Shown here one piece after another: positions 29,466 through 38,684 of a DNA stretch of 64,000 nt (the first letter of the stretch is position 1; each line of letters opens with the position of its first letter). The notes beneath the pieces were generated by a model, which saw only the letters and a program-made list of their open reading frames with translations, had not been told where the DNA came from and ran no database searches. The DNA is taken from positions 19,464 to 83,463 of the forward strand of contig JADHUR010000001.1 of NCBI GenBank assembly GCA_016784445.1. The letters run 5' to 3'. The stretch comes from Patescibacteria group bacterium. GTDB lineage: Bacteria > Patescibacteriota > Patescibacteriia > UBA1558. Both the position numbers and the translations under genes were made by a program.

Positions 29466-29675
29466 ATGCATATAATAGCAAATCCTCCACACTGCCAGAT
29501 GTGCCAAGATACCGGTACATTTAGAGGTAAATCACGTTGTCCAAAATGCTGTGGTTATAGAATAATAAATAACATTATCTGTAATCATTGCCGCGGAGTT
29601 GGATATATAAAGATCCAACCAGCATCCTGTCCCTTCTGCAAAATAAAAGAGGAAAAACATGAACAAACAGCCTAA
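29466..29675 (+). CDS. Stand-alone DnaJ-type zinc-finger miniprotein (unit 7)
   Basis: Four CxxC, two with DnaJ-like CxxCxxxG; promoter TTGACC, 17 nt, TATCTT; SD AAAGGAGG; terminator 29687-29724. Confidence 0.75.
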   Translation: MHIIANPPHCQMCQDTGTFRGKSRCPKCCGYRIINNIICNHCRGVGYIKIQPASCPFCKIKEEKHEQTA

Positions 29676-29821
29676 CCCTCAAACTTAAGAACCCTTTTGA
29701 ATATAATATTTAAAAGGGTTTTTAAATTATCCACTAGAAAAATAATAAATATAATGCTAATATATTATTAACGGATAAAAGTTACCGTTATCGTACATTA
29801 ACCGTAGAAATGGAGGTTTCA

Positions 29822-30199
29822 ATGATTAAGAAATTAATCTTAGCTCTAGCTCTATCTCTGCTTATCTTTACCGGAATCGTCTTCGGTAACAACAAAGCAT
29901 CCCCTGCACAGAATGCAGATAGCTTTGTAAAGCAGAATGCCTTCATCGTGAAAATCAGCAATGAGATCACTTCTCAGGAGGTCAGTGCCATCCCGGCCGT
30001 TGAAATTGTCCTGAACAACTCAGCAATCTCAAGCGAATCACTATCTGCCTGTGAGGAAATGATGATCAGTGTATCCGGTGAAACAAGAAATGGAGGTGAA
30101 TGTGCCACTTTGGCCACCACCATACCAGTAAGCATTTCATTTGATGCAGCCATGACTACTCGTGAATATGCAAAAAAGAGAAACGCAACATTCACTTAA
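29822..30199 (+). CDS. Secreted orphan protein (unit 8)
   Basis: SD GGAGGT, signal peptide MIKKLILALALSLLIFTG; terminator GGCCCTGCTAA...TTAGCAGGGTC at about 30218-30246. Confidence 0.7.
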   Translation: MIKKLILALALSLLIFTGIVFGNNKASPAQNADSFVKQNAFIVKISNEITSQEVSAIPAVEIVLNNSAISSESLSACEEMMISVSGETRNGGECATLATTIPVSISFDAAMTTREYAKKRNATFT

Positions 30200-30270
30200 T
30201 TGCCGAACTATCAAAAAGGCCCTGCTAATAACTTTAGCAGGGTCTTGAATTTGTATAGAATTAAATAAAG

Positions 30271-30630
30271 CTATAAGCAAGCCTTTGCTTTTATAATATC
30301 TAAAACTCCAGGAGTTGCACCATTTGTTATTTCTAATGCCCTTTCTGCTCCCACAGCTTCTGTTAAACATGTTTCTAATTCTGGACTTATCTCTGTCGGT
30401 AAATTTGCAATATCCACACCAAGACCAGATAAAATCTTTTCTTGAGCAGAATCTAATAATGGATTTTCATCCACTACTTGAGAATTGTCTACATTACTTA
30501 TTGGCACGCTTTCATTAATAATACCTTTCAATCCAAAAGGATCAGCGATAAAGAGATATGCAATAAAAATCATCTCAATTACAAATAATACTCCAAAGAC
30601 TACAAATAAAATTGTAAAGAATTTTTTCAT
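30271..30630 (-). CDS. Membrane-anchored hypothetical protein
   Basis: N-terminal TM, NPLL...Q...L, two C-terminal Cys. Confidence 0.65.
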   Translation of the reverse strand: MKKFFTILFVVFGVLFVIEMIFIAYLFIADPFGLKGIINESVPISNVDNSQVVDENPLLDSAQEKILSGLGVDIANLPTEISPELETCLTEAVGAERALEITNGATPGVLDIIKAKACL

Positions 30631-30633
30631 ATA

Positions 30634-31650
30634 TTAATCTAAATATTTATACTTATTATCTAAATGTTCATCATATGTACGACCATATATCACTCTGCCA
30701 TCATCCTTTGTTGTTAAAAAGAAATAATATGAATTAGGCATTGGATAAAGTACTGCCTTTATTGATGATAAACTAGGGTTTCCAATAGGTCCTGGTGGAA
30801 GTCCAGCATATTTATATGTATTATATGGAGAGTCTATTTTAGTATCTTTTATTGTTGACTGTGCCCTACCAGACTTTGTTATATAATTAACTGTAGCATC
30901 TGATTGAAGTGGATAATTTTCGCTTAAACGTCTTAAAAATAGATCCGCAACTAGCTTCCTATCACTTTCATTGCGAACTTCCATTTCAATAATGGACGCT
31001 AGTGTTACTATTTCATGTAAACTCATAGAGCTCTTAGCAATATCTTTTGCAAGTGGAGAGTATACTTTCTCTTCAAAAGTAGCAAGTAATTTATTTATTA
31101 TATCCTCAGGAGTTGCATTCGGTAAAATACGATAAGTATCTGGGAATAGATAACCCTGCAAATAGTCTGATAAACTAGAACGTGGTAAAAAAGAATGATC
31201 TGAATAATTTCTAGTTGTAGCAGATAAGAAATCATTACCAGATATACTTATACTAGATTCCAAATACTCCGCTATCTCATTATTAGTCCACCCTTCAATA
31301 AGCGTTATTCGTAAATCTTCAAGTGCTGAAGAAATAATTAGCTCATTTACAATTTCTTTAATACTCATATCAGTAGCTAAATAATGCTCACCCGCTTTTA
31401 ACTGAGAACCTTTATCTGTTAATTGAAGATAAGACTTAAATATAAAAATTGAAGATATAAAATTATCTTCTTTTAGTCTATTTGCAATACTATTTACAGA
31501 TTCACCAGTTTCAATAATAAACAGCTGATCACCATCAAGTGCTTGTCTTCCAAATATTGCTGAACCTATAAACCAAATAAATAATATTAAAAGTAATATT
31601 ATTACAAATTTATTAACTTCAAACTTCTCTTTCTTATATTCAGATATCAT
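30634..31650 (-). CDS. mltG: Endolytic transglycosylase MltG
   Basis: GYLFPDTY, LASIIEME, LQSDAT, SPYNTYKYAGLPPGPI. Confidence 0.96.
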   Translation of the reverse strand: MISEYKKEKFEVNKFVIILLLILFIWFIGSAIFGRQALDGDQLFIIETGESVNSIANRLKEDNFISSIFIFKSYLQLTDKGSQLKAGEHYLATDMSIKEIVNELIISSALEDLRITLIEGWTNNEIAEYLESSISISGNDFLSATTRNYSDHSFLPRSSLSDYLQGYLFPDTYRILPNATPEDIINKLLATFEEKVYSPLAKDIAKSSMSLHEIVTLASIIEMEVRNESDRKLVADLFLRRLSENYPLQSDATVNYITKSGRAQSTIKDTKIDSPYNTYKYAGLPPGPIGNPSLSSIKAVLYPMPNSYYFFLTTKDDGRVIYGRTYDEHLDNKYKYLD

Positions 31651-31660
31651 AAATTAAATA

Positions 31661-32296
31661 TTATTTTTTAACGAATGGTACAAACATGAATCCAGGGAAT
31701 CTTTTCTTCTCAAATCTGTCTTGACCAATTTTTTTGATCACTAACAATTCTTGTACACCTTCACCAACCGGAATCATCAATTTACCACCCAGCCTTAATT
31801 GCTCGAGTAAATCTTTTGGTACTTCACCCTTTGTTGCGCAAGCACATACAATTTTATCATAAGGTGCATTTAAAGAGAAACCTTTATTGCCATCACCATG
31901 TACTATTTGTATATTATTAAAACTATATTTAGAAATATTATTTCTAGCCTTTATGGTTAAATCTTTAATTATTTCTATTCCCGTCACCTTTCCACTGGGC
32001 CCAGTAATTTCAGCAAGAAGTGCAAGTTGCCACCCTGAGCCACATCCAATATCTAAGATATTATCTCCCGTATCAATATTTAATTGCTCAAGCATAAATA
32101 CAACAGTGCTTGGTTGAGAAATTGTCTGACCAAAACCAATACCCAGCGGATAATCTATATACGCCTCTGTTCGACTATTAGTATTCACAAAATCCTGACG
32201 CTTAATCTTATGTAAAGCTTCTTCAATCTTTTGAGACTTAAGTACGCCCTTACCTTTTAGATACTGTATTAAACTTTCTTGAGATATATTCTCCAT
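31661..32296 (-). CDS. pcm: Protein-L-isoaspartate O-methyltransferase
   Basis: GQTISQP, LDIGCGSGW, APYDKI, FVPF; start moved to MENIS. Confidence 0.95.
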   Translation of the reverse strand: MENISQESLIQYLKGKGVLKSQKIEEALHKIKRQDFVNTNSRTEAYIDYPLGIGFGQTISQPSTVVFMLEQLNIDTGDNILDIGCGSGWQLALLAEITGPSGKVTGIEIIKDLTIKARNNISKYSFNNIQIVHGDGNKGFSLNAPYDKIVCACATKGEVPKDLLEQLRLGGKLMIPVGEGVQELLVIKKIGQDRFEKKRFPGFMFVPFVKK

Positions 32297-32472
32297 AAAT
32301 ATATTATACCGCAATTGACAGCATTAAGGCTATATGATTAGATTATATCTAACCCTAATTTACCCCTTGACTTTTTATGAATTATGTGCTAAGATGTATG
32401 TATAAAAGCCCTCGAAGTGGGCTTTTTATGTTGCGAAAAAATGTATCGCACAAAAATAAAACAAAAACACAA

Positions 32473-33060
32473 ATGAATATATTTAATAAGAAAATAGGGA
32501 TTATTTTAAGTATTACATTCACAGTAAGCGCTGTTTGCTTGCTGTTTTTTATTCCTATAGGTAAATCTCAATCCCCTAGTATTTTAGATACTGATATTAA
32601 TACAGCAGATTTAATAATATTAACTAATGAGATAAGAAATATTAAAGGTTTAAATCCTTTAACTGAAAATATTAAACTTCAAATTGCAGCTACTAGTAAA
32701 GCTAAGCATTTAATACAGCATGACTACTTCTCGCACAATTCACCTAATGGTAAACAATTTTCAGAATGGATTATTGAATCTGGATATAATTTCCAAATAG
32801 TGGGTGAGAATTTAGCAATTGGTTTTGAAAGTAATAAAGATGTTATGAAGGCTTGGATGGATTCTCCATCTCATAAAGAAAATATTCTAAATGAAAAATA
32901 CAATGAGATTGGACTCATTGTAATGCAAGGAGATATTAATGGTAAACTTGAAACAATTATAGTTCAAATATTCGGCTCTCAACCAGTACTTAGATTATCT
33001 GAAAGCTTTAGTAAATATATTGAAACAAGTCCCCTTTCATTAAATCACTCCTATAGCTAA
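32473..33060 (+). CDS. CAP/SCP-domain protein
   Basis: YFSH, GENLA, WMDSPSHKENIL; likely start MNIFNKK before the TM. Confidence 0.9.
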   Translation: MNIFNKKIGIILSITFTVSAVCLLFFIPIGKSQSPSILDTDINTADLIILTNEIRNIKGLNPLTENIKLQIAATSKAKHLIQHDYFSHNSPNGKQFSEWIIESGYNFQIVGENLAIGFESNKDVMKAWMDSPSHKENILNEKYNEIGLIVMQGDINGKLETIIVQIFGSQPVLRLSESFSKYIETSPLSLNHSYS

Positions 33061-33855
33061 ACAAATAATTAAAATAAAAGCTAATGCTAAACGGTAATAT
33101 GCAAAAACCTTAAGTGAATGTGAATTTAAAAACTTAAGTAAAAATTTAATAACAAAAAAAGAAAAAACAAAACTTATGAACAATCCAATCCCCAGCATTA
33201 TAATATTAGTACTCGTCGTGCCTTGGCTAGCCATCATCATCAAACCACGAATACTAGCCCCAAGTATAATAGGAATAGCAAGGAGGAAAGAATAACGAGC
33301 AGCTTCTGCTCGTTTTAGTTTACAGAGCATTCCAGTAATAATAGTAATTCCAGATCTAGACGTACCAGGTATTAAAGCTAGACATTGAGCTAGGCCAATA
33401 TATATTGCTTCCTTAACACCAACCTTAAATACATCTCCCTCTCCCCTGACTTTTCTCTCTACAAGAAGAAATACAATACTTACAATAATAAGCATTGCAA
33501 TCACCCAATAAATTGAACGGAATATATTTGTAATAATATCTTCCATAAAAAAACCTACTAATGCAGCCGGTATCGTAGATAAAATAATAAGCCAACCCAG
33601 TCTACTATATGCGGTCACTTTACCTGAGAATGAAATAAACCATGCTTTGAGTATTCTTACTATATCCTTCCAAAAATATACAATCAAAGCTATTACAGAT
33701 CCCAAATGTAAAACAATATCCAAATGTAATGCAGTTACAGGCGAATTAAACAAATTATGCCAAATAACTAAATGACCAGAGCTAGAAATTGGAAGAAATT
33801 CTGTTAGACTCTGGATTATTCCACTGATTATAATGTATAATATATCCATAAACAT
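33040..33855 (-). CDS. uppP: Undecaprenyl-diphosphate phosphatase
   Basis: TEFLPISSSGH, LIPGTSRSG. Confidence 0.97.
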   Translation of the reverse strand: MFMDILYIIISGIIQSLTEFLPISSSGHLVIWHNLFNSPVTALHLDIVLHLGSVIALIVYFWKDIVRILKAWFISFSGKVTAYSRLGWLIILSTIPAALVGFFMEDIITNIFRSIYWVIAMLIIVSIVFLLVERKVRGEGDVFKVGVKEAIYIGLAQCLALIPGTSRSGITIITGMLCKLKRAEAARYSFLLAIPIILGASIRGLMMMASQGTTSTNIIMLGIGLFISFVFSFFVIKFLLKFLNSHSLKVFAYYRLALAFILIICLAIGVI

Positions 33856-33867
33856 TTAATAACTATT

Positions 33868-34281
33868 ATGCCAATCTATTTAATACCGATTATAGTACTT
33901 GCGGTAAATCAAATTTTAAAACTTATTATTGAAACTATCAAGGGTAAATTCTCCTGGAATCATCTGATGAGTAATGGTGGCATGCCATCTTCTCACTCTT
34001 CTTTTGCAGTATCTGCTGCAACTCTTATATATTTAACTGCTGGTCCTGAATCCCCTATATTTGTACTAGCTCTTACGACTTCATTAGTTATAATCTGGGA
34101 TGCTTTTACAACTAGACATCAAATAGGCTTTCAAGGAAATATCTTAAATAAACTTATTAAAGAGTTACCAGATAAGGAAGAATATAAATACCCATTGCTT
34201 AATGAAAGAACTGGTCATAGTTTAAGTGAAGTAATAGTTGGTATAATTGTTGGTATTGGCCTCACTTGGCTATTGTTCTAA
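33868..34281 (+). CDS. Divergent PAP2 (DUF212) family protein
   Basis: QILK, GGMPSSHS, DA...R, GHS..EV..G. Confidence 0.9.
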   Translation: MPIYLIPIIVLAVNQILKLIIETIKGKFSWNHLMSNGGMPSSHSSFAVSAATLIYLTAGPESPIFVLALTTSLVIIWDAFTTRHQIGFQGNILNKLIKELPDKEEYKYPLLNERTGHSLSEVIVGIIVGIGLTWLLF

Positions 34282-34292
34282 AATCTATTAAA

Positions 34293-35876
34293 TTATATTA
34301 AGCTCGTACCAGTCATTTGGTCGGGCTTTTTTAATTTCATAATTTTCAATATTGTAGGAGCAACATCAGATAGAATACCAGTTGGTACTTGTCCTGCTAA
34401 ATTTTGAGGTGTTACACCCGGAATTATTGCCTTACCCTTTAACTCATTTGCTAGAATATATAATGGTACAGGATTTACTGAATGTTCTTTTACCATCTCC
34501 CCTGTTTGCAAATTGAATAACTCTTCTGCATTACCATGATCTGCTGTAATCATAGCTACCCCTTCGCTCTCAAGTACTGCATCTACAATTCTACCAACAC
34601 TTTCATCAATATATTCTATAGCCTCAATAGTTGCCTTAATATTTCCTGTATGTCCCACCATGTCTGCATTGGCAAAGTTTAAAACAATAAAGTCATACTT
34701 ATCTGCCTTAATCTCTTTAAGTACTGCTTCTGTTACTTTATCTGCACTCATTTTAGGCTCTTCATCATATGATGCTATTCTAGGTGATGCAATGAGTACT
34801 CTATCCTCTCCCTCATATTCATTTTCCTTACCACCATTAAAGAAAAATGTTACATGAGCATATTTCTCTGTTTCAGCAATATGTAATTGTTTAAGACCAG
34901 CCTGAGATATAACTTTAGCAAGCGGCTCTTCTATCGCAATTGGTGGGAATGCAACTTTGATTGGTAAATCCTTCTCATACTCTGTCATTGCTACAAAATA
35001 TATATTTGGAAAATACTCACGATCAATTACTAATTTATCAAAACTCGGTAATACAAATGCTTTTGTTAATTGTCTAACTCTATCTGCTCTATAATTAAAA
35101 CATATTATTGAATCTTTATCTTTAATAATGCCTTGAGATTTATCATTCTCAATTACAACAGGAATAAACTCTTCATCATATACGCCCTGTTCATATGAAG
35201 CCTTAATAGCATCGGCTGCTGTTTTAAATTTATTAATAGACTTTCCATTTACCATTGCATCATATGCCTTTGTAATTCTCTCCCAATGATTATCTCTATC
35301 CATTGCATAATATCTTCCAGAGATTGTTGCAATTTTACCGATGCCAATACTTGTAATTTTACTTTCCAGTTTAGCAATAAATTTTTCACCTGCATTATAT
35401 GATGTATCTCTACCATCTAATATTATATGTATATACACATTTTCTACTTCTTGTTGTTTAGCAACTTCAAGTAATGCATAAAGATGTTCATTATAGCTAT
35501 GTATTCCACCATCAGACAAAAGACCAATCATATGCAATGAACTATTATTATCCTTTGCATGTTTACAGGCAGCAATAAATTCTTCATTCTCATAAAATGA
35601 ATTATCTGCAATTGCTTTAGTAATGCGTGGCAGACTCTGATAAATGATAGTACCACTTCCAAGTGATAAATGACCTACCTCTGAGTTGCCCATTTCACCC
35701 CAAGACAGCCCCACAGACTCTCCAGACGCCTGTAATGTCACAACTGGGTATTGCAAGACATAGCCGTCCAAATTAGGCGTTTTAGCAAGTTCTATAGCAT
35801 TAGCTTTAGCAGCTGGTGCTGTACCCCATCCATCTAATATCATTAAGACAACTGGCTTCGGTCTATCTTCAAACAT
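34293..35876 (-). CDS. gpmI: 2,3-bisphosphoglycerate-independent phosphoglycerate mutase (copy 2)
   Basis: ILDGWG, GNSEVGH, GRYYAMDRD, ADMVGH, ADHGNAE. Confidence 0.97.
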   Translation of the reverse strand: MFEDRPKPVVLMILDGWGTAPAAKANAIELAKTPNLDGYVLQYPVVTLQASGESVGLSWGEMGNSEVGHLSLGSGTIIYQSLPRITKAIADNSFYENEEFIAACKHAKDNNSSLHMIGLLSDGGIHSYNEHLYALLEVAKQQEVENVYIHIILDGRDTSYNAGEKFIAKLESKITSIGIGKIATISGRYYAMDRDNHWERITKAYDAMVNGKSINKFKTAADAIKASYEQGVYDEEFIPVVIENDKSQGIIKDKDSIICFNYRADRVRQLTKAFVLPSFDKLVIDREYFPNIYFVAMTEYEKDLPIKVAFPPIAIEEPLAKVISQAGLKQLHIAETEKYAHVTFFFNGGKENEYEGEDRVLIASPRIASYDEEPKMSADKVTEAVLKEIKADKYDFIVLNFANADMVGHTGNIKATIEAIEYIDESVGRIVDAVLESEGVAMITADHGNAEELFNLQTGEMVKEHSVNPVPLYILANELKGKAIIPGVTPQNLAGQVPTGILSDVAPTILKIMKLKKPDQMTGTSLI

Positions 35877-37428
35877 GTTTTTTTGTAATCAAAGAATTAG
35901 CTGTCATAAGTTTAGGTTTCTTTACATCAAGCATATCCAGTATTGTAGGGGCTACATTAGCTAAACTTCCTGTCTTTAATTTATATTTATGCTTATTTAC
36001 AATAATGAAAGGTACTACATTATCTGTATGTTCTGTATGCACTTCTCCTGTTTCTAAATTAATCATCTCTTCAGCATTTCCATGATCGGCAACAATAATT
36101 AAACTACCATTAGTCTTATCTACTGATGCCTGTATTTGACCAACGGCCCTATCTACAGCCTCTACTGCCTTAATACCAGCAAGTAAATTACCCGTATGAC
36201 CAATCATATCTGGATTTGGAAAGTTTACACATATAAAATCATACTGTTTTTCTTTAAGACTATTAACAATTATCTTCGTTAAATCTTTAATAGACATCTC
36301 AGGTCTCATAGCATAGGACTTAACTTTAGGAGATGGAACTTTAATACGGGCCTCACCATCTACTGGATCAGCATATCCACCATTAAAAAAGTATGTAACG
36401 TGTGCAAATTTTTCACTTTCTGAAATATATAATTGAGTATAATCTTTAAGTGCCATAGGTAATGTATCTTTTACATCTTCACTTGGATAGGCAACTAATA
36501 TTTCACCGAGATCTGGACCAAAATCTGTCATCGCAACAAATTTAATATTCTTAAACACTCTTTGCCTATGAAATGACTCTGGATTCATCTTGCCAAAATC
36601 TTTTTGAACAAAAGCTTTTACTAATTGTCTAGCCCTATCTGATCTTAAATTAAAGAAAAATACCGAATCATTTTCTTTAATAGTAACTATAGATTTTGCA
36701 TCTTTAGCAATAATTGTTGGCTTGATATATTCATCTGTCTCATTTCTATTATATGCTTGTAATATAGCTTCCTCTGGAGTACTAACAAGTCTACCAGTAC
36801 CTTTTGTTAAAAGATCATATGCTTTCTGAGTTCTTGTCCATGATTTATTCCTATCCATTGCATAAAATCTACCCATGATAGAAACAATCTTTTCTCCATT
36901 TTTGAAACCTTTCTTCACCTCATCAAGATATGTTAAAGCTGCATGCTGCGGAGCATCTCTACCATCTGTAAATAGATGAATATATACATTAGCAACATTG
37001 TGCTGCTTCATTAATTCTAATAATCTCAATAAATGGCCACGTTCTGCATGCGCTGATTCATGGCCAGATAATAATCCCATTAAATGGATAGCGGATTTAT
37101 TCTTCTTTGCATATTTAATTGCATCAATAAATGCAGGGTTTTTAAAGAACCTACCACTAGCAATGGCATCATTAATAATAACTGAATCTTGCTTTACAAT
37201 TCTTCCTGCTCCTAAATTTAAATGGCCAGCCTCTGAATTACCAAATTGATTACGAGGAAGGCCAACATATTTACCAGAAGCTTGCAAAGTTGTATGAGAA
37301 TAATTATCCCAAAACTTATCTATATTCGGTGTATTAGCTATTGCTATTGCATTACCTTTGGAGGGCTTGGCGAGTCCCCATCCATCTAATATTGCAAGAA
37401 CTATTGGTTTATATTCTTTATTTGTCAT
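35869..37428 (-). CDS. gpmI: 2,3-bisphosphoglycerate-independent phosphoglycerate mutase (copy 1)
   Basis: ILDGWG, GNSEAGH, GRFYAMDR, PDMIGH, ADHGNAE. Confidence 0.95.
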   Translation of the reverse strand: MTNKEYKPIVLAILDGWGLAKPSKGNAIAIANTPNIDKFWDNYSHTTLQASGKYVGLPRNQFGNSEAGHLNLGAGRIVKQDSVIINDAIASGRFFKNPAFIDAIKYAKKNKSAIHLMGLLSGHESAHAERGHLLRLLELMKQHNVANVYIHLFTDGRDAPQHAALTYLDEVKKGFKNGEKIVSIMGRFYAMDRNKSWTRTQKAYDLLTKGTGRLVSTPEEAILQAYNRNETDEYIKPTIIAKDAKSIVTIKENDSVFFFNLRSDRARQLVKAFVQKDFGKMNPESFHRQRVFKNIKFVAMTDFGPDLGEILVAYPSEDVKDTLPMALKDYTQLYISESEKFAHVTYFFNGGYADPVDGEARIKVPSPKVKSYAMRPEMSIKDLTKIIVNSLKEKQYDFICVNFPNPDMIGHTGNLLAGIKAVEAVDRAVGQIQASVDKTNGSLIIVADHGNAEEMINLETGEVHTEHTDNVVPFIIVNKHKYKLKTGSLANVAPTILDMLDVKKPKLMTANSLITKKHV

Positions 37429-38683
37429 TTAATTGATTATATATTTCTAAAAGCCTATTATATTTTACAACTCTTTCCCCTCTTGAAGTTGCTCCTGTTT
37501 TTATGTATTCAGCATTAACAGCTACTGCTAAATCTGCAATGAAATCATCTGTTGTTTCACCACTTCTATGTGAGATAGCAATCTTATATTCATTATCTTG
37601 TGCAAGTTTTATAGCTGCCATTGTCTCTGATACTGACCCAATTTGATTTACTTTAATAAGAATAGCATTAGCTACACTCTCATCTATACCCTTTTGTAAT
37701 CTTTTAACATTAGTTACAAAAAGATCATCTCCAATAAGTGGAATACCTTTAAACGTCTCATTTGCTGTCATCGTTTTCCAACCAGTCCAATCATCTTGAT
37801 CAAGTGGATCTTCAAGTGCAAGTATTGGATAATCTTTTACCCAAGACTCAAACATAGCTATCATATCTTCTGAAGAGGCTTTAATACCTTCTCCTTTTAA
37901 TTCATATAAGCCAGACTCTTTATTATAGAATTCTGATGAACCAGCATCCATTCCCATGTATATATCCATGCCAGGTTTATATCCTGCATCTTTAATTGCT
38001 TTAGCAATAGCTTCCCAAACCTCCTTGGCTGTATTTAATTGTGGTGCATAGCCACCTTCATCACCAACATTTGTAGAATGACCACCAGCTTTTAATTCAG
38101 TACCTAAAGTATGGAAAACCTCAACGCAAGATCTAAGAGCTTCTGGATAATCTTTAATACCAGCTGGAATAATCCAAAACTCCTGCCAATCTAAAACATT
38201 ATCTGCATGCTCTCCTCCATTTACAATATTTGAAAGTGGAGTTGGTAATAGATAATCCTTTTTATCTAATGAATATATATCTCTTAAATGTTCATATAAT
38301 GGTTTATTACTTGCTAGTGCCCCTACTCTAGCTGCTGCTAGTGACACTCCCAAAATTGCATTAGCTCCAAACTTACTCTTATTTTCTGTACCATCTGCTG
38401 CAATCATCATACTATCTAAATTCTGTAAATCATTTACATCTTGCCCAATAAGTAATTTAGCAATATCTTTATTAACATTAATAATAGCTTTTAATACGCC
38501 TTTACCACCAAATCTTTTCTTATCTCCATCTCTCAATTCTAAAGCTTCATGCACACCTGTTGAAGCACCGGAAGGAACGGAAGCTTTTGCCTTAAAGCCA
38601 CCTACCACACCTACAGTTACTTGAATTGTAGGATTACCTCTTGAATCTAATATCTCTATAGCCTCTATTGATTTAATTTTCAT
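37418..38683 (-). CDS. eno: Enolase
   Basis: DSRGNPT, PSGASTG, GDDLFVTN, SHRSGET. Confidence 0.98.
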   Translation of the reverse strand: MKIKSIEAIEILDSRGNPTIQVTVGVVGGFKAKASVPSGASTGVHEALELRDGDKKRFGGKGVLKAIINVNKDIAKLLIGQDVNDLQNLDSMMIAADGTENKSKFGANAILGVSLAAARVGALASNKPLYEHLRDIYSLDKKDYLLPTPLSNIVNGGEHADNVLDWQEFWIIPAGIKDYPEALRSCVEVFHTLGTELKAGGHSTNVGDEGGYAPQLNTAKEVWEAIAKAIKDAGYKPGMDIYMGMDAGSSEFYNKESGLYELKGEGIKASSEDMIAMFESWVKDYPILALEDPLDQDDWTGWKTMTANETFKGIPLIGDDLFVTNVKRLQKGIDESVANAILIKVNQIGSVSETMAAIKLAQDNEYKIAISHRSGETTDDFIADLAVAVNAEYIKTGATSRGERVVKYNRLLEIYNQLNDK

Positions 38684-38684
38684 A

